From the NCBI GenBank assembly GCA_965235115.1, contig OZ249436.1, positions 1,676,001 to 1,740,000 of the forward strand: DNA of 64,000 nt, read 5' to 3'. Positions 25,707-37,584 of the stretch are shown here, piece by piece. Below the pieces are notes generated by a model. It was given only the letters and a program-made list of their open reading frames with translations, was not told the DNA's origin and searched no databases. Within the stretch, counting starts at the first letter, position 1. Each line of letters begins with the position of its first letter. The position numbers were made by a program, and so were the translations under genes. The stretch is from Laetmonice hystrix (Eukaryota).

Positions 25707-26896
25707 AGAAACCATTACGGCGAGTTATACCTGCCATTCAGGGCGACAGAACACCATTGTGGCTTCATAGGAAAAAATGTACCGAAATATTGTGTCATAA
25801 TATAAAGTTGTGTGTATTTATGATTAAAGGTATTGAAGTATTCAATCATTTGACATCAGAGAAAAGGCTATATTATAGAAAGACTGCGTAATAATGGTAT
25901 ATCATTTAGAAATATTAATGTTTGATCAAATAAAATCAAACAGTTTTAGTTGGAGCATCAGTATAGGTGAGTCCGTTATGCACTCGGAACACCGACGCTG
26001 CTTATACAATGTGATGTGGTGATCTGTGTACCTGTACCCCCCCCCCACCCCCCACCCAACCTTCATCTCACATCTATCGCTGAGTATCAGTCTTTACTCC
26101 CGTTCTCACAGCCTTAAATCCATGGTGTGTTTAATTGACCACGCCATATCATTATGCCATAATAATGTTGTATTATAACGTGAAGCGGAGGTCTCGACAT
26201 GTGTTATATCTCTTCCCCACGGCCGCGGTTCACGGAAACGTCGGTCGATCGATCACCGTTAACAACAAGGGTCTGTGAAGGCCCAGGCAGTACCGGCTAT
26301 CTTCCCTTTTTTCATCATACCAATGATCTAGTTTCAATTCCTACAGTGAGTTTTATTGTGTAATTTGTGTGTCGGTTCTTCCCCTAAAATTTTTATTACA
26401 GTGTCCTCTGTAATCATGTAACCAAGTATGGCCAGAGGGGCCCCGCCACAAGCCACTAATGCCTTACTTTCTATCCTTGCCAGGCGCTCATTATGCAACA
26501 GATCTGATATTTGCATGATCCTCAATGATCACAACTTATCATTGACTGTTATGACTTGCTGTATATAATATTTGTGAGATATGAAAGATGCACAGTGAAT
26601 ATTCAGGTCACTGATCCCGAATTAGTACTTACTATATATGAACCCGGGTTTCTCCAATCTTATCAAGCATTCACCTTGCCTATTCATCATGCATCAAGCA
26701 TTGTTTAGGGATCATTAAAGTGTGCTAAACCTCAGTTCTCATAAACTCAAACCCGAAAGTTACTCGTTCAATATTTCACACGATGGTCTCGGACTCGAGC
26801 TAAGGTTCCCGAATTTCCCAAATATAATATAGAAACAAATATCGAAAACCAGCAGAGAACGTGGATTTGCTGCCACCGTGCGAGTGAGTGACCATC

Positions 26897-26915
26897 TTGC
26901 CGCCAGGTGGAGCTA
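26897..26915 (+). promoter_or_regulatory. CTCF-like motif
   Basis: TTGCCGCCAGGTGGAGCTA resembles the CTCF core consensus (CCNCCAGRKGGCGC). Confidence 0.45.
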
Positions 26916-27440
26916 CTGTGCTGCACCGCTTGCTGTCAGATCGCCAACTTAACATTTTTAGGTACTCTTAATAAACTAGTCGTCACGGTGTCTTGAAAAA
27001 AGGGACTGCGAAGTTATAAATTAAGCCCCATTTGTTGATATGTGTCTATGGGTGTGTGTGGGTGAGTGTGTGTGTGGGGGGGGGGGTCAGTTTGCGAAAG
27101 TGCCCTTTTTTCCATAGCCGCTGTCTGTCTGTCTCTCTGTCTACCCCTTTGTCCCTGTCGGTCTGCCCATCTCTCATTCTGGATATATGTGTGGATAAGA
27201 CGAGTGTTCTGCCTAATATAATGTAATCATCAGAAAATATGATAACACAATTATTGGTTTCTCAAACTTGCCATCATATCAACGATCCTGTAGAGCTACA
27301 TGAATCGTTGCTTACATCCCGGACATTCAGTGATATCACACAGAGATAAACATATTATCAAACCAGTACTGAGTTAGTACCGTTCTTCATCCAACCGTCT
27401 ACAGGCCATTTCTCGATCATGTGTACACCCCCCCCCCCCC

Positions 27441-29740
27441 ACCCCAACGTCCCGTATCTCACCTATCATGGATTCATCCCATACCTAAAGTCGACACGGG
27501 TCTGCACCCCTCAAACGTCCCTTATTTCCCTATCATGGATTCATCCCATACCTAAAGTCGACACGGGTCTGCACCACTCAAACGTCCCTTATCTCACCTA
27601 TCATGGATTCATCCCATACCTAAAGTCGACACGGGTCTGCACCCCTCAAACGTCCCTTATTTCCCTATCATGGATTCATCCCATACCTAAAGTCGACACG
27701 GGTCTGCACCCCTCAAACGTCCCGTATCTCACCTATCATGGATTCATCCCATACCTAAAGTCGACACGGGTCTGCACCCCTCAAACGTCCCTTATTTCCC
27801 TATCATGGATTCATCCCATACCTAAAGTCGACACGGGTCTGCACCCCTCAAACGTCCCTTATTTCCCTATCATGGATTCATCCCATACCTAAAGTCGACA
27901 CGGGTCTGCACCACTCAAACGTCCCTTATCTCACCTATCATGGATTCATCCCATACCTAAAGTCGACACGGGTCTGCACCCCTCAAACGTCCCTTATTTC
28001 CCTATCATGGATTCATCCCATACCTAAAGTCGACACGGGTCTGCACCCCTCAAACGTCCCTTAACCTATCATGAATTCATCCCATACCTAAAGTCGACAC
28101 GGGTCTGCACCCCTCAAACGTCCCTTATTTCCCTATCATGGATTCATCCCATACCTAAAGTCGACACGGGTCTGCACCCCTCAAACGTCCCTTATTTCAC
28201 CTATCATGGATTCATCCCATACCTTAAGTCGACACGGGTCTGCACCCCTCAAACGTCCCTTATTTCCCTATCATGGATTCATCCCATACCTAAAGTCGAC
28301 ACGGGTTTGCACCCCTCAAACGTCCCTTATTTCCCTATCATGGATTCATCCCATACCTAAAGTCGACACGGGTCTGCACCCCTCAAACGTCCCTTATTTC
28401 ACCTATCATGGATTCATCCCATACCTAAAGTCGACACGGGTCTGCACCCCTCAAACGTCCCTTATCTCACCTATCATGGATTCATCACATACCTAAAGTC
28501 GACACGGGTCTGCACCCCTCAAACGTCCCTTATTTCCCTATCATGGATTCATCCCATACCTAAAGTCGACACGGGTCTGCACCCCTCAAACGTCCCTTAT
28601 TTCCCTATCATGGATTCATCCCATACCTAAAGTCGACACGGGTCTGCACCCCTCAAACGTCCCTTAACCTATCATGGATTCCTCCCATACCTAAAGTCGA
28701 CACGGGTCTGCACCCCTCAAACGTCCCTTAACCTATCATGAATTCATCCCATACCTAAAGTCGACACGGGTCTGCATCCCTCAAACGTCCCTTATCTCAC
28801 CTATCATGAATTCATCCCATACCTAAAGTCGACACGGGTCTGCACCCCTCAAACGTCCCTTATTTCCCTATCATGGATTCATCCCATACCTAAAGTCGAC
28901 ACGGGTCTGCACCCCTCAAACGTCCCTTAACCTATCATGAATTCATCCCATACCTAAAGTCGACACGGGTCTGCACCCCTCAAACGTCCCTTATCTCACC
29001 TATCATGGATTCATCCCATGCCTAAAGTCGACACGGGTCTGCACCCCTCAAACGTCCCGTATCTCACCTATCATGGATTCATCCCATACCTAAAGTCGAC
29101 ACGGGTCTGCACCCCTCAAACGTCCCTTATTTCCCTATCATGGATTCATCCCATACCTAAAGTCGACACGGGTCCGCACCCCTCAAACGTCCCTTATCTC
29201 ACCTATCATGGATTCATCCCATGCCTAAAGTCGACACGGGTCTGCACCCCTCAAACGTCCCTTATCTCATCTATCATGGATTCATCCCATACCTAAAGTC
29301 GACACGGGTCTGCACCCCTCAAACGTCCCTTATTTCCCTATCATGGATTCATCCCATGCCTAAAGACGACACGGGTCTGCACCCCTCAAACGTCCCTTAT
29401 CTCACCTATCATGGATTCATCCCATGCCTAAAGACGACACGGGTCTGCACCCCTCAAACGTCCCTTATCTCACCTATCATGGATTCATCCCATACCTAAA
29501 GTCGACACGGGTCTGCACCCCTCAAACGTCCCTTATTTCCCTATCATGGATTCATCCCATACCTAAAGTCGACACGGGTCTGCACCACTCAAACGTCCCG
29601 TATCTCACCTATCATGGATTCATCCCATACCTAAAGTCGACACGGGTCTGCACCCCTCAAACGTCCCTTATTTCCCTATCATGGATTCATCCCATGCCTA
29701 AAGTCGACACGGGTCTGCACCCCTCAAACGTCCCTTATTT
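27441..29740. repeat. Minisatellite, 67/68 bp unit (64 bp variants), ~34 copies
   Basis: CCTATCATGGATTCATCCCATACCTAAAGTCGACACGGGTCTGCACCCCTCAAACGTCCCTTATTTC repeated; the 67 and 68 bp variants often alternate (135-bp dimer). Confidence 0.98.
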
Positions 29741-29898
29741 TCATTCCGATTCACTTGCCCCGACTAATTCATGATTCTGTGGTCTCTTAATGTCAATCTG
29801 CCATCATGGCAGGTCCAGGTCAAACCCCTCACCTTGACCTCACCCCAAGGTCAAACCCCTCATCTTGACCTCACCCCAAGGTCAAAAATAATTTACGT

Positions 29899-29917
29899 GA
29901 GCGCCCCCTGGAGGACA
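29899..29917 (-). promoter_or_regulatory. CTCF-like motif
   Basis: The reverse complement TGTCCTCCAGGGGGCGCTC is a near-consensus CTCF core. Confidence 0.55.
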
Positions 29918-31267
29918 CTTGCGGCGGATTTTGTGCCCGGATGTGAGCCTCGTGTTGACCTCTGAGTGTCGAGGGTTTGTTGGCTGGCCTCCCGAAACAT
30001 ATTTCACGACTCATGCCGCAATTACAACATCAAATTGGTTTGCGAAACGTTTCCTGGCTCTACACGACGAACCAATATATTGTAAGCTTAGCTCCTCAAG
30101 TAATGAGACAAGTTTTGTGCGAAGTTTTTCAGATTTGCTGAATGGTTTGTTTGTTACACATGTTCCTTCACTTTTAACACGAAACTGCGGACACCCGGTA
30201 AATCCAAAACATCAAGGATATGTCCTATAATAAGTCCATCAGCTTACTCAGCAAGGAATCAACTGGAGGCCTATCCCGTCTTGGTATCCATTGTATCCAC
30301 ACAAAGAGCTTTCATTGTACGACTTGTACGGCCTAATATAGTTGTTTAGAAAGGTGAGCAGTATTCATTACACCACGATAAAAGCACCCGTATTACAACC
30401 TAAAAGGTAATAATCTAGAATGGCCTTAAATGAAAATGTGTCAGTTGTAACATATGTTTGGAAAGGTTGGAAACCTTTGTCTGAATGCATAATACGCCTG
30501 CAGGAAGTCGATTGGTACGTCGGGATACGGCCTCAAACGCGAGGTGTCGCTGTGTCCATCCGGCCTGTGAGCACGCCGTTCATTTCGTCCTTTTTACGGA
30601 CGCTGGAATGACTTCAATCTGATGACGCACAAACATGGCGCCGTCTGTCGTGAATGTGACATCTCTGTCAGTATGTTTTGGGAACACACTGTTAAATTGA
30701 TTCGCACCATTTGTCATCGGTACTCTTGTTATACTCAAAGTGTTGGCGTCTGAGCGATAATATGAGTATTGACTAGATACGAGTATTTCATTGGCGTAGC
30801 CTGTATGACCGGTTTTGGGTCCACATTCAGAGAATTAGTCCAGTAAAGCGAAAAAAGAGGGATGAGGACAAGGACAGATGAACGTGTTAATGGGTGTGAG
30901 CTACAAGGGAACTAGGGTCAAAGGGTAATGACCCGTTGGTCTTTGATGAAGGTGTACGACATCTAGCTGAGGTGTGTGTCGGTCGGAGGATTGGGACGAA
31001 GATAAATTGTTTGATGCCGCACATCTTAATACCAGAAGGTCAATTGTTATTTGACTGTTATTCATTCTTCTATGTGTTGTCCTTCGACTACTGCTACACT
31101 GAAACGTGTAAAGCCCCCCCCCCCCATTTTCTGTTAACAATTGAAAACCTAATTCAACTTTTCGTTTGTTTCTATGGAAATAATATGCGTGAAGCATAAA
31201 TTCGAAACAGATTCGACGCCTCACACTGTAAAGAAATATTTTTCTAAAACTTCATGTTCAAGTAACG

Positions 31268-32918
31268 TCTGAGCGTGTCATTCTGACTGAAGTATTCTGA
31301 GCGTGTCATTCTGACTGAATTATTCTGAGCGTGTCATTCTGACTGAAGTATTCTGAGCGTGTCGTTCTGACTGAAGTATTCTGAGCGTGTCATTCTGACT
31401 GAAGTATTCTGAGCGTGTCGTTCTGACTGAACTATTCTGACTAAAGTATTCTGAGCGTGTCGTTCTGACTGAAGTATTCTGAGCGTGTCATTCTGACTGA
31501 AGTATTCTGAGCGTGTCGTTCTGACTGAAGTATTCTGAGCGTGTCGTTCTGACTAAAGTATTCTGAGCGTGTCATTCTGACTAAAGTATTCTGAGCGTGT
31601 CGTTCTGACTGAAGTATTCTGAGCGTGTCGTTCTGACTGAAGTATTCTGAGCGTGTCGTTCTGACTAAAGTATTCTGACCGTGTCATTCTGACTGACGTA
31701 TTCTGAGCGTGTCGTTCTGACTGAAGTATTCTGAGCGTGTCGTTCTGACTGAAGTATTCTGAGCGTGTCGTTCTGACTGAAGTATTCTGACTAAAGTATT
31801 CTGAGCGTGTCGTTCTGACTGAAGTATTCTGACTAAAGTATTCTGAGCGTGTCGTTCTGACTGAAGTATTCTGAGCGTGTCATTCTGACTGAAGTATTCT
31901 GAGCGTGTCGTTCTGACTGAAGTATTCTGAGCGTGTCATTCTGACTAAAGTATTCTGAGCGTGTCGTTCTGACTGAAGTATTCTGACTAAAGTATTCTGA
32001 GCGTGTCATTCTGACTGAAGTATTCTGACCGTGTCATTCTGACTGAAGTATTCTGAGCGTGTCATTCTGACTGAAGTATTCTGAGCGTGTCGTTCTGACT
32101 GAAGTATTCTGAGCGTGTCGTTCTGACTGAAGTATTCTGAGCGTGTCATTCTGACTGAAGTATTCTGAGCGTGTCGTTCTGACTGAAGTATTCTGAGCGT
32201 GTCGTTCTGACTAAAGTATTCTGAGCGTGTCATTCTGACTAAAGTATTCTGAGCGTGTCGTTCTGACTGAAGTATTCTGAGCGTGTCGTTCTGACTGAAG
32301 TATTCTGAGCGTGTCGTTCTGACTAAAGTATTCTGACCGTGTCATTCTGACTGACGTATTCTGAGCGTGTCGTTCTGACTGAAGTATTCTGACTAAAGTA
32401 TTCTGAGCGTGTCGTTCTGACTGAAGTATTCTGAGCGTGTCATTCTGACTGAAGTATTCTGAGCGTGTCGTTCTGACTGAAGTATTCTGAGCGTGTCATT
32501 CTGACTAAAGTATTCTGAGCGTGTCGTTCTGACTGAAGTATTCTGACTAAAGTATTCTGAGCGTGTCATTCTGACTGAAGTATTCTGACCGTGTCATTCT
32601 GACTGAAGTATTCTGAGCGTGTCATTCTGACTGAAGTATTCTGAGCGTGTCGTTCTGACTGAAGTATTCTGAGCGTGTCGTTCTGACTGAAGTATTCTGA
32701 GCGTGTCGTTCTGACTGAAGTATTCTGAGCGTGTCATTCTGACTGAAGTATTCTGAGCGTGTCGTTCTGACTGAAGTATTCTGAGCGTGTCATTCTGACT
32801 GAAGTATTCTGAGCGTGTCGTTCTGACTAAAGTATTCTGAGCGTGTCGTTCTGACTGAAGTATTCTGAGCGTGTCATTCTGACTGAAGTATTCTGAGCGT
32901 GTCGTTCTGACTGAAGTA
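31268..32918. repeat. Minisatellite, 28 bp unit (two related 14-bp halves), ~59 copies
   Basis: TTCTGAGCGTGTCR + TTCTGACTRAAGTA repeated, with occasional extra 14-bp half-units. Confidence 0.98.
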
Positions 32919-32930
32919 GACGGCAGGATG

Positions 32931-33189
32931 TCGGTGAGGCCATAATCTCTGAGGTTAGAGCTCGCTGGGGCCATAATCTCTGAGGTTAGAGCTCGGTGAG
33001 GCCATAATCTCTGAGGTTAGAGCTCGGTGAAGCCATAATCTCTGAGGTTAGAGCTCGGTGAGGCCATAATCTCTGAGGTTAGAGCTCGGTGAGGCCATAA
33101 TCTATGAGGTTAGCTCGGTGAGGCCATAATCTCTGAGGTTAGAGCTCGGTGAGGCCATAATCTCTGAGGTTAGAGCTCGGTGAGGCCAT
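32931..33189. repeat. Minisatellite, 31 bp unit, ~8 copies
   Basis: TCGGTGAGGCCATAATCTCTGAGGTTAGAGC repeated; begins ~12 bp after the 28-bp array. Confidence 0.96.
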
Positions 33190-33310
33190 GTCGTCCTGTT
33201 ACGTCGTATTATCTCGTGGTTAGTTTCTTATTGCTGCCTGGGCTGCGTGCTGCCCCTGGAGTCTGTTGAACGCACCGGGGTTACTGTGGGGGTTACTGTG
33301 GGGCCGAAGG

Positions 33311-33495
33311 GGTGCCTTGGAGACCAGGGTTACAGTGGAGACCAGTGTTGCCATGGAGACCAGGTGTTACCGTCGAGACTACCGGTTGCCATGGATACCG
33401 TGGGTTACCGTGGAGACCAGGATTACCATGGAGACCAGGTGTTACCGTCGAGACTAGCTGGTGCCATTGAGACCGTGGGCTACCTTGGGGACCAG
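33311..33495. repeat. Degenerate ~18-20 bp repeat (GTTRCCRTGGAGACCAG) resembling RFX X-boxes
   Basis: Recurrent GTTGCCATGGAGAC / GTTACCGTGGAGAC / GTTGCCATGGATAC units. Confidence 0.75.
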
Positions 33496-33671
33496 GGCCC
33501 GGTTTTTAGTTCGTCATTTTACCAATCTTAAGACTGGATTTTTAAGGCTGACTTGTGTTATGGGCTCTCATTGGCTGGCTTCATTTGAAGGACCAATCAG
33601 AAGCTCTGAAACAAGAGTTCAGTCTTAAGATTTGAATCTTAAGACTGAGTTTGCAAACTAAAAACCGGGGC
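33496..33671. mobile_element. PIF/Harbinger-like MITE (176 bp)
   Basis: TIRs GGCCCGGTTTTTAGTT ... AACTAAAAACCGGGGC (1 mismatch), flanked by a 3-bp CAG duplication (33493-33495 and 33672-33674), with internal inverted TCTTAAGACTG motifs; a 3-bp CWG TSD and GG(G)CC termini are typical of Harbinger. Confidence 0.85.
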
Positions 33672-34954
33672 CAGGGGTCAGCACAGGCCCCTATGTAGGC
33701 CTAACCTAAGACTTTGCCTTTTTTTGACATCCCTTCCTTGATAGAGCCTCTCGAAGTTAAACACATGCGTTAAACACATACGTATACTGCGTTAAACACA
33801 TGCGTTAAACACATACGTATAATAGCCTATATGAGATGTAAGCACAGACATAAGTCGGTTTACAAATACGCGTAAGTATATTTAGGTAAGTTGGTATGGG
33901 TGAGATGTAAGCAAACAAGACTGTCTGTACGTGTGGAGTTGTTTTAAGCGACTTCTCCAATCCGGACCAAATGTACAGCGTTGTTTATCGGTTATATATG
34001 GGTCCAGTGGTGACCAAGGCGGGACTGACCGACCTATGCCAACCAGTGGCCGGGTCAGCCGCTGGAGACACCCGTCCATGTCGGGACTAATGTACAATCT
34101 GCCTCCATCCACCCCAGGTCGCCGGCGGATACAGCCATGCTGGCTGGGCGATAATTGATGGATTTGTTCGTAGTCTTATAGACAATTACAGCCAACTGAA
34201 GCCGGCCGGGGGTGGTGGCGATTAATGAGAGCATATCATGGCAAATCGTCAATATCGCGCCAACATTAAAATACATCATTTACAGATATGGCAACGTATT
34301 GGGCCGTGGGGACCGGCGAGCTAGCCCTTGGCGCGTCATAATTTAATATCTGCAGTCAGATTTTAGATTAGACAGTTTATCGACGCACGCGCGTTGACGC
34401 GATTTGGGACCAGCGCGGATGAATCTCGGGAGTGACGCGTCACGCCGCGTAGTCTCGCGTTGCTTCAGGGCACAGACGACATAAATGTGTTCGACATGGA
34501 GAAGGAAACGAGCAAGGCGGCAATGTGAAATTGTCGACAGACTTGGTGGACAGCGGGGATCCAGCGCCTGGGGCCTGCGGGTCTAGCATTCCCGGGATGC
34601 ACCTGATCCTAACGGCAGTAACTAAGTATCGGGGAGGGGGGTATCCCGATAATTGCCAACTGTTCCCAACATGGCCACTGTTTGACCATTGGTCAATCAC
34701 GAACTCTACTGACTGCCATGACGGGTAAAAAGGCTCCCCACTGCTTACTTTATGAACGCCATTGTTTCAGCTGTTACCATAGAAACCTGGATGAAATGGA
34801 CACTCGTTTTGAAGCAGTGGGTGGTGGGCAGACATTGAGACTGAGGATTCCCTGAGGACTGGCCGTAGTTAGAGAGGCTATGAGAGTAACCATTGCAGAC
34901 AATGACACGCGTCCTCAGAGCATCTGGTGTCAGCAAGGTCACAAATCGAGAGTA

Positions 34955-35393
34955 TGCATGCATGCAGGCCCACATTGATTTACCAAGTATGCATGCAGGC
35001 CCACATTGATTTACCAAGTATGCATGCAGGCCCACATTGATTTACCAAGTATGCATGCAGGCCCACATTGATTTACCAAGTATGCATGCAGGCCCACATT
35101 GATTTACCAAGTATGCATGATGCAGGCCCACATTGATTTACCAAGTATGCATGCAGGCCCACATTGATTTACCAAGTATGCATGCAGGCCCACATTGATT
35201 TACCAAGTATGCATGCAGGCCCACATTGATTTACCAAGTATGCATGCAGGCCCACATTGATTTACCAAGTATGCATGCAGGCCCACATTGATTTACCAAG
35301 TATGCATGCAGGCCCACATTGATTTACCAAGTATGCATGCAGGCCCACATTGATTTACCAAGTATGCATGCAGGCCCACATTGATTTACTAAG
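34955..35393. repeat. Near-perfect minisatellite, 31 bp unit, ~14 copies
   Basis: GCATGCAGGCCCACATTGATTTACCAAGTAT repeated. Confidence 0.98.
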
Positions 35394-35673
35394 TTGTTTT
35401 TGAAATAAAACCACTGTTAGTACAGGCCTAGGTTCTTGATCTATACAATCTTCTACACATTCCACACTTTCAGTTCTGAAGATATTCTCTCATTCAATGA
35501 CAAAAGTACTACATGTCAAATTGTGGACTAGGAACCCCCATTATTTTAAAGATGACTACAAGTAGAAAACTGAACGAAAATTAAAAGCATATAATGACTA
35601 GAAATGCTATGTCTTGAATTAGCTTTGTCTCCGGGTTTTATTCACGTATTATTATGTTACTGAGCAACAATAC

Positions 35674-36075
35674 AGATAGATATTAGATAGATATTCTTTA
35701 TTTCAGTGACATGTGAGCATATTGTACAGTGTAACGGGCGGTTGTCGTATACTGTCGCTCTTAGAACATTGTACTATACAATTCTCACCCAGCCCTCTTG
35801 GGCTTACAAGTCACTATTTTCTGAATTAAATAACAAGATTTTACTACATTTAGCAAGACACTACCGACAGGTGCTTACATATACATGAGTCGTCTTCTAG
35901 CAGAATATGCCTCCCAAACATACGAAGCAGTGAATTTGATAACCTCCTCTTTCAAAATGATCGTAAATTTATCAGAATCTTCACACTCAAGGAAATTTGG
36001 AAATACATCGACCACCTTATTATAAAAAGTCTGTCTGATATTATCATAGCGTTCACATTCAAACATGAAATATAT
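35674..36075 (-). mobile_element. 5'-truncated non-LTR retrotransposon (LINE) 3' end: ORF2 C-terminus, 3' UTR and microsatellite tail
   Basis: ORF 35875-36066 (FMFECERYDNIRQTFY...FTASYVWEAYSARRR*) matches the 'HFxFxCxxYxxxR' post-zinc-knuckle C-terminus of LINE ORF2. It is followed by a stem-loop AGCCC-N4-GGGCT (35791-35804), AATAAA (plus 35697-35702) and a (TATC)n-like tail (35674-35693). Confidence 0.8.
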
Positions 36076-37584
36076 GTATGTCTATTCTCCGTGGTTCAAA
36101 GATACTTAAAAATCTTTTATTTCTTTAAATATCGTAGTCTTTCTCAATTCCGGCTAGGACACTCGCACCTTTACCCCTTTTTTCATTCACGATATCGAAA
36201 GTTGTTCGTTTAGCCCCGCCCCCTTTTCTCGAACCCCTGGTGCAGCTTTGTCCGACAAATTGCGAGTTACCGCTGTAACCTTCCGACGATATAGGTTTAT
36301 ATAATGAGACCCATTCTCAAACAGCGATGATCTATCAAGGGCTGTCCAATTAGAGTCTGAAGGAAAACGGAGAGAAAAAAAAGTCTGAAGAATGTGTGTG
36401 GCCAGGGTGATAAGACATCTTCTAGGTGGTCCAGTCACAAAGTTCCGACGTTCATGTGCAGGTAGGGAGAGAGATGTACTTGGTCCGTACTCCTATAGCC
36501 CTAGGTGTGTGACGTCCTCATTATGACGTCATGATCAGCACCACCTCGCACAGAACACTACCGTCTCTTATACGTAATAAACAACGAAACTATCAAAGGT
36601 CTATGATGGATTAAAAAGGAAAGTCATCTATCATTTTGTGTTGTCCTTTCACTAACATCAGTCAATGTCAGCTTGGCGGGTTGCGACGCCAATATACGAC
36701 CGCCTACGGTGGGCTCCGCCGCCGTCCAACTGCTACAGGCGTTTTCTGGCTTGGTTTTTTTTATTACAGTTTCTCCTGGCCCGGGGGGAGAACTGCCTCT
36801 TATCTCTAACACCTCGGTATTATCCCGTGTTCGCCCGCTCGGATTATCATGTATTTACAGCGGAGAAATACATTACACAGATGAATGTGCTCACTTATGA
36901 TAAACCGACTTATGTCATGCTCGTCAAGAGTTCTGTCTGCCCCGACAGGCCACGAACATTATCTGATTTATTACGGACTACTCGTGCTTGATTGACAAGG
37001 CCAAGGCCAAGGACATTATTGAGTGTAACCAGCATCCAAACAAGTTTTCTAATTTACTATAGGTGTTATACAGTTATCATAGAACCTTTCAATATTGCTG
37101 AGAACCTGATCCAATGAAAGCAGTCGGAGGTTACTTAACAGTGTTCTCAGTTTCCTTGTGTGTTCCTAATAAACCACTAGCTGTGACAAATTATTCAATC
37201 GGTAACATTATTTATCGGTGCTTTTCTCCCGGATTGATGCCCGAGGCAAAATATCAAAGCAGTTTCTTTAGTGGCAAACGAAAACAGAACTGGACCGCTA
37301 ATTGGATTTTCATTATATACATGTATATAGTCTCTTCAAATATTATCAAAGGTTAACCAACTATGTTTAGAAACAAATTCACTGTGTCCGAGACTTTGCA
37401 TTGAGGCAACCCGAGGCAGCTGCCTCAACTAAATCTCTACCCCCCCTCCCCCCCCCCCAAAAAAAAGAACAAAAAACTTCCCTTCAAGTTTACTTCCCTG
37501 AATATGCACATGTAAATATGCTTTACCCATTGAAATAATTAATACAGGTGCCTACGCTGCACGACTGAATTGTGCTGGAAATTT

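Noticed and set aside
37401..37475. 14-bp palindrome GAGGCAGCTGCCTC followed by poly-C and A-rich tract
   Set aside because: Probably a fragment of a small interspersed repeat; no boundaries or TSD can be defined, and a terminator interpretation does not apply in a eukaryote.
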